From an uncultured bacterium (GTDB taxonomy: Bacteria > Myxococcota_A > Polyangia > Polyangiales > Houyiibacteriaceae), in contig CALJYC010000267.1 of the NCBI GenBank assembly GCA_937984275.1, forward strand, positions 1 through 38,862: DNA of 38,862 nucleotides, given 5' to 3'. The position numbers were made by a program, and so were the translations under genes. The first letter of the stretch is position 1. Every line of letters begins with the position of its first letter. Below the pieces are notes generated by a model. That model searched no databases, was not told where the DNA came from, and was given only the letters and a program-made list of their open reading frames with translations. This document shows positions 26,773 through 36,144 of this stretch, piece after piece.

Positions 26773-26821
26773 CGCCCCGTAAAGTCGACGCTCTGCGTCG
26801 TCCACGGGGCTTCGCTCGCAC
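26769..26821 (+). repeat. REP-like palindromic repeat, family A, copy 2 (53 bp)
   Basis: Direct repeat of 26129-26181, 640 bp downstream. Contains the TGA stop of the GGDEF gene. Confidence 0.9.
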
Positions 26822-26845
26822 ATGAGCGAGTCCATCTCACCTTTG

Positions 26846-26866
26846 AAAAGGGGTCTGACCCCTTTT
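26846..26866. repeat. REP-like palindrome, family B (AAAAGGGGTCWGACCCCTTTT); possible bidirectional terminator
   Basis: Perfect inverted repeat around a central base, lying between convergent genes. Also present at 37507 and 38137. Confidence 0.85.
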
Positions 26867-29800
26867 ATTCGCTGAAGAGGTTCTCGACGTCGGCCTTGGT
26901 GAGGCCCTTGAGCGGGCTGCCTTCTGTCGAGAGGACGTTGCTTACTAGGGCTCGCTTCTTGGCGGAGAGCTCTAGGATCTTTTCCTCTACGGTGCCGGCG
27001 GCGATGAGTTTGTAGACGTTTACATTCTTGGTTTGGCCGATGCGGTGGGCTCGGTCGGTGGCCTGGTCTTCGACCGCGGGGTTCCACCAGGGGTCGAAGT
27101 GGACGACCGTGTCAGCGCCGGTGAGGTTGAGGCCGGTGCCGCCTGCCTTGAGTGAGATCAGGAAGACGGGGACGCTCGTGTCTTCGTTGAAGCGGTCGAC
27201 CCGATCGATGCGGTCCTTCGTGGAGCCGTCGAGGTATTCGTATTGGACGCCATCGGTGTCGAGGGCGGCGCGGATGTGGTTGAGCATTTCTACGAACTGG
27301 CTGAAGACCAACACCCGGTGATTGCCGTCCACCGCTTCGTCGATGATCTCGCGAAGCGCGCCGAGCTTACCACTGTCGTCCGCGTCGAAATCGGTGTCGG
27401 GCAACTTCATCAACCGCGGGTCACATGCGACCTGCCGCAAGCGAGTGAGCGCGGCGAGAATCTGAATCTGCGCCTTGCTGACGCCCTTCTTCTCGACCTC
27501 GCTCAGCACGCTCTTGCGCACCTGACCAAGGACCTGCTTGTAGAGCTTGGCCTGCTCCTCAGCCAGCGGCACGATCATCTCCTGCTCGATCTTGTCTGGC
27601 AGATCCGCAGCGACGTCGATCTTCAGGCGCCGCATGACGAAGGGCTTGATCGTCGCCCGTAATCGCTGGGCGGTTTCCATGTCTCCGCGATCGATCGGCC
27701 GCGCAACGCGCTCCTCGAACGTCTTGAGCTGGCCTAGCAGCCCGGGCGACACGAAGTCGAAGATACTCCACAGCTCACTGAGGCGGTTTTCGATCGGCGT
27801 GCCCGTCAGCGCAAGCCTTCGCTCGCTGCTCAGCTTCTTGGCAGACCGCGCCGTCTGGCTCATCGGGTTCTTGATGTGCTGCGCCTCGTCCAAAATCACG
27901 TAGCGGAGGTCGAGCGCCTGAAGCAGCTCCTCGTCGCGGCGAAGCAACGCGTAGCTGGTGATCATCACGTCGGCCTTTTCGAGCTCAGGCGCGCGCTGGC
28001 TGCGATTCGGGCCCTGCCACACAACGGTCTTGAGCCCAGGCGCGAACTTGTTGATCTCACGCTCCCAGTTCGGCACGACCGACGTCGGCGCGACGACGAG
28101 GTTGAGCTTGCGCTTGTACTTACCCTTGGCCCACAAGAGCAACGCAATCGCCTGGACGGTCTTACCGAGGCCCATGTCGTCCGCGAGAATGCCGCCGCTG
28201 TTGAGCTCGTGGAGAAACACGAGCCAGGAAAAGCCGTCTTTCTGGTACGGACGCAGATCGGCCTTGAGTGTTCGAGGCTTGGGGACGTTGGGAATCTCGT
28301 CGATGTCTTCGATCTTCGCAAACAGGGACTTCGCCGACGCCGACACCTTCGCGTTGTCGACCATCTTCAGGAGGTCCTGTACGCGCCCGGCCTGCGAGAG
28401 CGGAAGCTTGTCTTTTATCCCGGCAGTCGCGTAGATCTCGGCCATCCGCGTGAGCACATCGCCCACCTTCTCGGGATCGATCGGCGCGTAGGTGCCGTCT
28501 TCGAGCTGAACCAGCCGCCGCCCGTGCTCGAGGCAAGCCCGAAGCTCCTCTTCGCGCACGACGGCGCCGCCCGACTCGAACTTCATGTCGAGGTTGAGCC
28601 AATCGACTCCGCTCGACACGCGCATCTGCGGCATCACCGATTCGTCGCGGATGGTGACATCCACGAGGTCGTCCGGAATGAAGCGATCCCAATCCTCGGG
28701 AAGCTCGCCGATCCCATTCGTCCAAAACGCGATCGCGTCGCCGCCGGAAGCCACGAGCTCCTCACCCGACTCCGAGACCTCGAAATTCTGGTTGAGCAAT
28801 GCCTGCACGCCGGCCATTTCTGCGCCGACATCACGCCGCACGACGCGCGGCCGCCCTTTGCCGCTCTTTGGGGGCAGGAACGCCAACGGCGAGGGGAAAT
28901 CGTCCGGCGGAACGTCGAACTCCTGATCTTCGTAGCGCACGTACAGCCGAACCCGCGCATCGATGATGTCGCCGTTGGCCTTGAGCTCGAAGCGCGGCGT
29001 CTGATCGACCAGGTCCGCCACAGAGCTCAAGTCTGGAAGGTCCGCACCAAGTAGCGCCGCAACACGAGGAATCGACTCGCCGAGCAACTCCGGAAGATCT
29101 TCGTGCGACTGCACCATCGCCGGCGAGCGGTAGAGCCGCTGCAGCCAAGCCGGGGTGACCAGCTCGCTCACCGGCCGCGCCACGCCTTCGGTGGTGTCGA
29201 TCTGCCAGCCGGGCGTCCCCTCGAACCAGGCGCCGCTCGAAAGCGCGAAGCGCCGTTTGTTGCTCTCGAGGTAGAACACGACGCGCACCCGGAGGCTGTC
29301 ACCGTTGGCGGGGTCGAGCTCGATCCGAGGTTTCAGCGCCTCGTTTGCAAAGCGCAGCTCCATCGACGCGGGCTCGAGCAGCACGCGCCGGTCGCTGAGC
29401 ATCTCCAAGACTTCCGCCGCATCTTCGCCTCGAAGCTCGGCGGTCGTGGGCTGCCCACGGTTCATGTTCCGGGCGAGCGCTCGAAAAAGCGGGCGCTCGT
29501 CGATCGACACCATATTGAACGCGCCCAGCGCCTCGGTGATCGGCACCGCGCTCCGCGAACCCGCAAGAACGGGTGTGACCGTGATCGAAGCCGAGCGAAC
29601 CGTCATGCGGTATTCGAACTCGAGGGGCTTGGGGAGTGCCTCCGCGGGCAGCCAAGCGTCCATCGGCCCACGCGCCTCTCCGCGCCGCGCCTGAAGCTCA
29701 CGGGGTGACAGGACCTCGAGTGCGCCACCCTCGGCGCCACCGGCGCCACGCCGACGACGTCGAGACCGCCGCCTCTTGCCACCGGCAGAGACCGTCCCCG

Positions 29801-30266
29801 GAACATGCACCGGCTCCGCCTTCTTCTTCTTACTCGGCTGCTGTTGCGGACCCTTCGCCCGTGGCGGCCGTACCTCGTCACGCAACGCCACCATCACCGC
29901 GGCAACATGCTTGCAGTGCCCCGTCGGCCCACGCCAACCCGGGCATGTACAGCTCGATTCCCACGTGTCGCCCTCTGCGCCGTAGGTGACCTTCGTGCGG
30001 TAAGGCTCATCGGCCGTGCGCACCGAGATCTCCCCACTGGCCGAATCCCCTCCCTCTTTGAGGTTCTCGACCGCCTTGCGACGCGCATAGAGACGACCGC
30101 GCAAGAACGCATTGCCGCCCGTGACGCGTTGAATCGCCCGGTCGCTCATCGAGGCGAGCTTCTTCGCCACCTCGGTCGTCGGCTCGCGCCACGTCGGCGC
30201 TTCTTCGGCCGGCGCCTCGAGCGTGGCTTCTTCTTCTACCGTTTCTTGGAGAGCAGTTTCGGCCAT
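26865..30266 (-). CDS. SWIM zinc-finger SNF2-family helicase
   Basis: SWIM CTC...CKH; LRPYQ, GILADDMGLGKT, ILDEAQHIKN, LTGTPIENRLSELW, SLKAGGTGLNLT and QATDRAHRIGQ. Confidence 0.95.
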   Translation of the reverse strand: MAETALQETVEEEATLEAPAEEAPTWREPTTEVAKKLASMSDRAIQRVTGGNAFLRGRLYARRKAVENLKEGGDSASGEISVRTADEPYRTKVTYGAEGDTWESSCTCPGWRGPTGHCKHVAAVMVALRDEVRPPRAKGPQQQPSKKKKAEPVHVPGTVSAGGKRRRSRRRRRGAGGAEGGALEVLSPRELQARRGEARGPMDAWLPAEALPKPLEFEYRMTVRSASITVTPVLAGSRSAVPITEALGAFNMVSIDERPLFRALARNMNRGQPTTAELRGEDAAEVLEMLSDRRVLLEPASMELRFANEALKPRIELDPANGDSLRVRVVFYLESNKRRFALSSGAWFEGTPGWQIDTTEGVARPVSELVTPAWLQRLYRSPAMVQSHEDLPELLGESIPRVAALLGADLPDLSSVADLVDQTPRFELKANGDIIDARVRLYVRYEDQEFDVPPDDFPSPLAFLPPKSGKGRPRVVRRDVGAEMAGVQALLNQNFEVSESGEELVASGGDAIAFWTNGIGELPEDWDRFIPDDLVDVTIRDESVMPQMRVSSGVDWLNLDMKFESGGAVVREEELRACLEHGRRLVQLEDGTYAPIDPEKVGDVLTRMAEIYATAGIKDKLPLSQAGRVQDLLKMVDNAKVSASAKSLFAKIEDIDEIPNVPKPRTLKADLRPYQKDGFSWLVFLHELNSGGILADDMGLGKTVQAIALLLWAKGKYKRKLNLVVAPTSVVPNWEREINKFAPGLKTVVWQGPNRSQRAPELEKADVMITSYALLRRDEELLQALDLRYVILDEAQHIKNPMSQTARSAKKLSSERRLALTGTPIENRLSELWSIFDFVSPGLLGQLKTFEERVARPIDRGDMETAQRLRATIKPFVMRRLKIDVAADLPDKIEQEMIVPLAEEQAKLYKQVLGQVRKSVLSEVEKKGVSKAQIQILAALTRLRQVACDPRLMKLPDTDFDADDSGKLGALREIIDEAVDGNHRVLVFSQFVEMLNHIRAALDTDGVQYEYLDGSTKDRIDRVDRFNEDTSVPVFLISLKAGGTGLNLTGADTVVHFDPWWNPAVEDQATDRAHRIGQTKNVNVYKLIAAGTVEEKILELSAKKRALVSNVLSTEGSPLKGLTKADVENLFSE

Positions 30267-30417
30267 CGAATGAGGGCTGTGATCAGCCTGAATGGTCTTG
30301 GGTTGAAGGCTAACGGGACCTACACGGGACTACGCGCGTTGCGTCTTTCCCCTCGCGGCGCCGTTGCTCGTTCTACCGTGTTACCCCGGTGTAGGCCGCA
30401 ACCGCCGCTAGATCGTG

Positions 30418-30445
30418 ATCTTACACACCCCACAGAAGACTGCAA
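30418..30445 (-). promoter_or_regulatory. Putative sigma70 promoter of the SNF2 gene, implying a ~145-nt leader
   Basis: Minus strand reads TTGCAG-N16-TAAGAT. Confidence 0.45.
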
Positions 30446-30474
30446 CTCCCGGCAGCCCGCCCGGGGGAAACTGG

Positions 30475-32862
30475 CTAGCCTGAGGCGCGGACCAGGGCCT
30501 CAGGCAGCAGGAGCGAGGGGGTCCCCGTCGAACATACCCACAGCTGGTGGGCCGCGCGGGTGGCAGCGATGTGGAGCAGGTGCCGGGTCTCGTTGTCGGT
30601 CGGGAAGGTGGATCGATTGCACTCGACGATGACGACGTAGTCGAATTCGAGGCCTTTGACCTGACGAACGTCCGTCACGTCGACCCCCGGACGGAAGGGA
30701 AAGTCCTGCTCGGCGATGCGCCGAAGGTTCGGCACCTCCCCGTGGCGAAGGCCCTTGTAATAGACGTCAGCCTGCTCGGGATAGCGGGAAATGACCGCGA
30801 CCGAGGACAGTGGCTCGGAGCTGACGAGCTTCCGAAGCGCCTCCGAAAGAAAGCCCACGGCCTCACCGCTGCCGCCAAACTGGAACAACTCGACCGGTGC
30901 GCCGTAGCGGGTGGCCTCCCCCGAGACTTCGTTGCGAAGCGGCCCGAGAACGTCCGTCGCAAAGTCGAGGATCTCATGGGTCGAGCGGTAGCTCAGCTTG
31001 AGCGGCTCGATCTCGATGTGGTCGAGCTTCAGCTCCTGGAGCACGTGCCGCCAATCCGAAAAGCCGTTGTCGAGATGGAGCTTCTGCGCGATGTCGCCCG
31101 CGAGCGTCACGCTCTGTTGCTCGGCCGCCGTGTCGAGCACGACCGCCAGCTCGACCGGGCTCATGTCCTGCGCCTCATCGACGAAGATGTGCTCGTACTC
31201 CAGCGCCGCACGCCGCCCCGAAAGCGGACCACGTAGCGTTTGAAAAAGTCGAAGCAGAAGCGCGTCGTCCTCGCGATCGAGCTCGGCTGGCTCGTCTTCG
31301 TCGACACCATCCGCCCCGACCGTTCGGGTGTGAGAGTCGTCATTTTCGTCGATCGCCTCTTCGTACGCCATCAACGCACGGGTCGAATGCCGGCTGCACC
31401 ACGAATGTGCCCACTCGATCTGCTTCTCGCTCAACGCGTCGGGAGCCCAGCGAGCAAACGCGTCGGTCAGGCGATTCCGATCGGTCACCAGGTCGGCCCA
31501 CGCCGTCACCACGTCTTTCGTTCGCAGCGACCAACGCTGGCAAATGCGCCCCACCGCGTGCCGGATGCCGATCGGTACTTGCTGCGCATCGCCGTCGCGC
31601 TCCTGGAGCCACTGCGAGAGCACCTCGAGGCGCACACCGAGAGGCTCGGCTGCGGTGCCCCTCCAAATCCGCGCCACCAGCGCACCCTCCTCGCCTTGCT
31701 TGCTTTGTTCGAGGATTTCCGTCTCGACCCGATCCGCAAGGTCGGCAACGTACTGATCGATCGCGCGCAGCATCGCCGGATGCTTCTTCATCCGGACCAC
31801 ATGCGTTGGCGTGTCCTCCACGTAGCGAGTGGTCAGCTTCGGAATGTGTCGGCGCCGCTGCTGCTCGGCCCACCGCTGGAAGGTCTGGACGGGCATGTCA
31901 CTGACACCCAAAGCCGGCAGGACGCGCGAGATGTACCGCACGAGCGCATCGTTGAAGACGATGACCAGCATCTGATCCGAACGGAACCGCTGCGGGTCCT
32001 GGAACGCAAGATACGCGAGGCGGTGGAGTCCAATCGTGGTCTTGCCGCTACCCGCGCCGCCTTGAATGACTACGAGGCCTGACGTGGGCTGGCTGATCAG
32101 GTCGAACTGGCGTGGATCGATGAGCGCCGTGATCTCCGAGAGATGCTTGTCCTCGCGCAGATCCTCGTCACCTATCCCAAGCTCGCCGGGCCGATGATGC
32201 GACTCGGGACGCATCGCCGCGCCCTGCCCGCCCGAAAGCTTCGTCGCCTGATCGGCCACACGCCGCCACAGGTCGTCGCGTGAGCGCCGAAAGGTTCCTT
32301 GCGGGGTGCCAATGCGGCGCAGCTTGCCGGTCGTGATCGACAGGTTGCGGCGGACGAGCACTTCCCCCTCGACCTCGCGGTCGCCGAAGATCTCGTCGTA
32401 GTCGTCGCCTTCTTCGTAGCGGTAGTAGACCCGGCTCACCGGCGCGTCCCGCCAATCGACGATGCGCACGCCGGTCTTGGGATCGAGGAACGTGCTGCGG
32501 CCGATCAAGATCTCCCGCTTGCGGCCTTCCTCCTCGAGAATCATCCGGCCGAAGTAAGGCGACGCCCGGTCGACGGCGCCTTCGGTCACCCTGGCTCGAC
32601 GCTGCGCGACCTGCTGAAGCCGCTCCATCTCCTCGACCAGCGGCGGGATGTCCTCGAGCCGGGCCTCACGAATCTGGTCGCGGAGCGCAATCAGCTCGGC
32701 GTCGTAGTCGATGAGGTGGCCGCGTTGCGTCGGACGCTTCGTTTCGGCGGTCCGGTGCACGCGCGCGAGGACTTTCTCCTCCTGAGCGACGATTGCATCC
32801 ATCTCCGCATCTGCGGGGGGCGCTTCCGCTCCAGGGCGTGGATTGAGCTCAGCCTGCTTCAT
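30475..32862 (-). CDS. helD: HelD-like superfamily 1 helicase/ATPase (putative RNA polymerase recycling factor)
   Basis: SPYFGR, IVDWRDAPVSRVYY (HelD N-terminal signature), QGGAGSGKTTIGLHRLAYL, VDEAQD, SYRST, KGLEFD and ATRA. Confidence 0.8.
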   Translation of the reverse strand: MKQAELNPRPGAEAPPADAEMDAIVAQEEKVLARVHRTAETKRPTQRGHLIDYDAELIALRDQIREARLEDIPPLVEEMERLQQVAQRRARVTEGAVDRASPYFGRMILEEEGRKREILIGRSTFLDPKTGVRIVDWRDAPVSRVYYRYEEGDDYDEIFGDREVEGEVLVRRNLSITTGKLRRIGTPQGTFRRSRDDLWRRVADQATKLSGGQGAAMRPESHHRPGELGIGDEDLREDKHLSEITALIDPRQFDLISQPTSGLVVIQGGAGSGKTTIGLHRLAYLAFQDPQRFRSDQMLVIVFNDALVRYISRVLPALGVSDMPVQTFQRWAEQQRRRHIPKLTTRYVEDTPTHVVRMKKHPAMLRAIDQYVADLADRVETEILEQSKQGEEGALVARIWRGTAAEPLGVRLEVLSQWLQERDGDAQQVPIGIRHAVGRICQRWSLRTKDVVTAWADLVTDRNRLTDAFARWAPDALSEKQIEWAHSWCSRHSTRALMAYEEAIDENDDSHTRTVGADGVDEDEPAELDREDDALLLRLFQTLRGPLSGRRAALEYEHIFVDEAQDMSPVELAVVLDTAAEQQSVTLAGDIAQKLHLDNGFSDWRHVLQELKLDHIEIEPLKLSYRSTHEILDFATDVLGPLRNEVSGEATRYGAPVELFQFGGSGEAVGFLSEALRKLVSSEPLSSVAVISRYPEQADVYYKGLRHGEVPNLRRIAEQDFPFRPGVDVTDVRQVKGLEFDYVVIVECNRSTFPTDNETRHLLHIAATRAAHQLWVCSTGTPSLLLPEALVRASG

Positions 32863-32977
32863 TTTGTGCGTATCAAGGACGAATCAAGTCCCGTTTAGGC
32901 GAATTCGGGGACGAGTAGCACGATTCGCGCGCCTCTCCAAGCATGAACGGAAAGCCCAATGCTTTGGCGTAGATGCG

Positions 32978-34297
32978 TCAGCCGAGCGGCTTGAGCAGGA
33001 TCTTGGACCGGCGGCCCTGATCGTAAGCTGAGCGCCGCGTCTCAGGCAGCTCGTTCAGCTCGCAATTCTCGAAGCCGCGCTCCCGAAACCAGTGCGAAGT
33101 CTGCGTCGTGAGAACGAACAAACCGCGCAAGCCCTGCGCATCACATTGCCGTTCGAGGTAATGCAGGAGTTGATCGCCGCGACCGGACGTTCGGTAGTCC
33201 GGATGAACGACCAGACAGGCGAGCTCGGCGATCGAATCGTCCGGATGCGCGTAGAGCGCGGCGCACGCCACGATCATCCCGTCCCGCTCGATCACCGTGA
33301 ACCGGTCGAAGTCGTTTTCGAGCATCTCCTGAGAGCGACGCAGTAAGATTCCCTGCTCTTCGAGCGGCTCGATCAGCGCAAGAACCCCGCCAATGTCACT
33401 TTGAGCAGCCGGGCGAACCCCTTCGAACGTCTCGGAGGTGACCATCGTGCCGACCCCGTCGCGCGTGAAGAGCTCGCGGAGGAGCGAACCGTCGCTTTGC
33501 CGCGCAACCAGATGCGCGCGTGGCACCCCTCCTCGACAGGCCTGAATGGCGGCGGCCAAGTGGCGCTCCACATGGTGACCAAGATCGCGACCCGACCGCA
33601 GGATCTGCTCGGCCTCGTGCGGGGTGAGCTGTGACGGAGGTAGGCCCTCCGCATTGAGCACCCCTTCGCCCTCGAGCAGGCCGATCAACTTGTCGGCGCC
33701 GAGGGCCGTAGCCGTTGCAGCCGCGACATCATGACTGCTGATGTTGAACGCTTCTCCCGTCGCGGAGTATCCAATCGGGGTGAGCACCACGATGGCGCCA
33801 TCATCGAGCCGCTGCCGGATTGCATCGGCGTCCACGCGCCGCGGCTTGCCGGTGTACTGATAGTCGACCCCATCGACTACGCCGACCGGCTGCGCCATCA
33901 CGAAGTTACCGGTAGCCACCCGGAGCCGCGCTCCGGCCATCGGTGAATTCGGCAAGCCCATCGACAAGAGCGCCTCGAGCTCGACCCGAGTCGCACCGAC
34001 GGCCTCTTTCACGCACTGAAGCGCCACATCGTCGGTCACCCGCAAATCGCCCTCGAACCGGGGTTGTGCACCACGCCGAGCCAAGGCCTCGTCGATCTGA
34101 GGCCGTGCGCCGGCCACCAGGACGACACGCACGCCGAGCGAGTGCAGCAGCGCCACATCATAAAGGAGCGTCCGCAAGTCCTTCGATGCCACGGCCTCAC
34201 CGCCGAACATGATCACAAACGTCCGCCCGCGATGCGCGTGGATGTAGGGTGCGCTCGCTCGGAAGTGTTGGACGAATGGGTCGACTTTGGGGCTCAT
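32978..34297 (-). CDS. argA: Amino-acid N-acetyltransferase (two-domain N-acetylglutamate synthase)
   Basis: FRASAPYIHAHRGRTFVI, ELFTRDGVGT, ELACLVV, LFVLTTQTSHWF and RRSK. Confidence 0.95.
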   Translation of the reverse strand: MSPKVDPFVQHFRASAPYIHAHRGRTFVIMFGGEAVASKDLRTLLYDVALLHSLGVRVVLVAGARPQIDEALARRGAQPRFEGDLRVTDDVALQCVKEAVGATRVELEALLSMGLPNSPMAGARLRVATGNFVMAQPVGVVDGVDYQYTGKPRRVDADAIRQRLDDGAIVVLTPIGYSATGEAFNISSHDVAAATATALGADKLIGLLEGEGVLNAEGLPPSQLTPHEAEQILRSGRDLGHHVERHLAAAIQACRGGVPRAHLVARQSDGSLLRELFTRDGVGTMVTSETFEGVRPAAQSDIGGVLALIEPLEEQGILLRRSQEMLENDFDRFTVIERDGMIVACAALYAHPDDSIAELACLVVHPDYRTSGRGDQLLHYLERQCDAQGLRGLFVLTTQTSHWFRERGFENCELNELPETRRSAYDQGRRSKILLKPLG

Positions 34298-35445
34298 GCG
34301 GACTCGATGCAGAAGCGTTGAATCAGGTTTGCGTAGACGTCGGTGGCACGCTCGATAGCCGCAATGGTGACATATTCATCGGGTTGGTGCGCAACGGCGA
34401 TATCTCCGGCGCCGAGGACGAGCGTCTGCAGCCCCAATTCCGCGAGAAACGGCGCTTCGGTTCCAAACAGCGCGGTCTTGGCTGAACACCCGCACAAGGT
34501 CTCGACCACACCAGAAAACTCCGCGTCGGAGGGCCCCTCAAACGCGTCCGCGTAGCCGCCGACCGCGCTCACATCAAACGTCCAAGGCCCGCCCTCGAGC
34601 GCGTTCGCTACGACGTCTCGGAGTTCGGCCACGACCGCCGGGCGTTGCATCCCCGGCAGCAAGCGGATGTCGAGATCGAGCTTACACTCGGCACAAATTC
34701 GGTTGGGACTGTCTCCGCCGATGATACGTCCAAAGTTGAGGGTCGGCGTCGGAACCTCGAAGTCGTCGTCCCGATACCGCTCTCCGATCGTGTCGCGCCA
34801 AGACTGCAGCGCGGTAAGGACCAAATGAAGCCCGTCGATGGCATTCACGCCAAGCGCCGGATTGCTCGCGTGCCCGGCTTGGCCTCCCACCGTGACCTGC
34901 ACGTAGAACACCCCCTTGTGTTTTCGAATGGGCTGAAGGCCCGTCGGCTCCCCGATGATCGCGTACCGGCCGAACCGCTCGCCCGTTTTGGCCAAGGCCC
35001 GTGCCCCGTCCATCGTGCTCTCTTCATCTGCGGTGCCGAGGAGCGTGATCGGCCGCCCAAGCCGTGCTGGCTCGAACCGCCCAATCGCGTGAAGCGCGGC
35101 CGCAAAAAAACCCTTCATGTCCGCGGTGCCGAGGCCGTGAAGCTTGCCGTCCCGCTCGGTCAGCACGAACGGGTCGTCAGTCCAGCGCTCGGCATTGTAG
35201 GGAACGGTGTCGGTATGCCCCGACAGTACGAGACCGTCCTCGCCCGCTCCGAGTGTGGCGATCAGATTGGCCTTCCCCGAATCGCCGGGCAGCGAGTCGA
35301 TCCGGACCGCAAACCCGAGCTCGGCGGCCCACTCCGCCACCAGGTCGACGACCCCTCGGTTCGACTGGTCAAAACGATCGTCCGGTGAGCTCACGGACGG
35401 CGTGGCGACCAACTGGCGAACCATGTCGAGGGCGGGCGGCAGCAT
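34294..35445 (-). CDS. argE: Acetylornithine deacetylase (M20 family)
   Basis: LVLSGHTDTVP, GTADMKGF, ADEE, IIGEPT and AHQPDE. Overlaps the argA start (ATGA); likely start ATG 35445. Confidence 0.93.
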   Translation of the reverse strand: MLPPALDMVRQLVATPSVSSPDDRFDQSNRGVVDLVAEWAAELGFAVRIDSLPGDSGKANLIATLGAGEDGLVLSGHTDTVPYNAERWTDDPFVLTERDGKLHGLGTADMKGFFAAALHAIGRFEPARLGRPITLLGTADEESTMDGARALAKTGERFGRYAIIGEPTGLQPIRKHKGVFYVQVTVGGQAGHASNPALGVNAIDGLHLVLTALQSWRDTIGERYRDDDFEVPTPTLNFGRIIGGDSPNRICAECKLDLDIRLLPGMQRPAVVAELRDVVANALEGGPWTFDVSAVGGYADAFEGPSDAEFSGVVETLCGCSAKTALFGTEAPFLAELGLQTLVLGAGDIAVAHQPDEYVTIAAIERATDVYANLIQRFCIESA

Positions 35446-35520
35446 CTTCCCAACATAGCGCCGAACCGGCCCCGTCAAAATCCGGATTGCAGGCGGGCGC
35501 GGAGGGACTAGGTTGAACGG

Positions 35521-36144
35521 ATGAGCGACGATTTTGCGACGCGCGCAATCACCATCATCGAAGAGACACACCGAGGCGAGCGAGCCTGGGACATCTACAG
35601 CCGGCTGCTCAAGGACCGAATCATCTTCCTAGGCACGCCGATCAACGACTTCGTCGCCAACGCGATCATCGCCCAGCTCCTCTATCTAGAGAGCGAAGAC
35701 GCGGACAAGGAGATCACCCTCTACATCAATAGCCCTGGCGGCATGGTGTCTTCAGGCCTCGCGATTTACGACACCATGAGCTACGTGCGCTGCCCCGTCG
35801 CGACGGTGTGCCTCGGGCAAGCCGCGTCGATGGGCGCGTTCCTGTTGGCGGCCGGCACCGAGGGTCTGCGCCGCGCACTGCCGCACAGCCGCGTCATGAT
35901 TCACCAGCCGCTCGGCGGGTATCAGGGGCAGGCGTCGGACATTGAAATCCACGCCAGAGAGATCCTCAACACCAAGAAGCGGTTGAACGAAATCCTGGCA
36001 CGCCACACCGGTCAGGACGTCGAAAAGGTCCGCCACGACACCGAGCGCGACAAGTTCCTTTCGGCCCTCGAGGCCAAGGAATATGGCATCGTCGACGACG
36101 TGATCATGCCCCGCAAAGAACAGGGCGTCGCCCCAGCGGCATGA
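35521..36144 (+). CDS. clpP: ATP-dependent Clp protease proteolytic subunit
   Basis: [29 protein letters not shown] (Ser), MIHQP (His) and ERD (Asp). Confidence 0.97.
   Translation: MSDDFATRAITIIEETHRGERAWDIYSRLLKDRIIFLGTPINDFVANAIIAQLLYLESEDADKEITLYINSPGGMVSSGLAIYDTMSYVRCPVATVCLGQAASMGAFLLAAGTEGLRRALPHSRVMIHQPLGGYQGQASDIEIHAREILNTKKRLNEILARHTGQDVEKVRHDTERDKFLSALEAKEYGIVDDVIMPRKEQGVAPAA

Noticed and set aside
26129-26821. Direct repeats read as integron attC sites or as a CRISPR array
   Set aside because: No RYYYAAC/GTTRRRY ends and no integrase. There are only two direct copies, separated by a whole gene, and no cas genes.
26865-32862. SNF2 plus SF1 helicase pair as an anti-phage defence system
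   Set aside because: No nuclease, methylase or other defence partner nearby; host-like composition and housekeeping context.
32863-32977. Rifamycin-associated element or HelR-type resistance reading for the HelD-like gene
   Set aside because: No recognisable palindromic element upstream; HelD-like sequence alone does not imply resistance.
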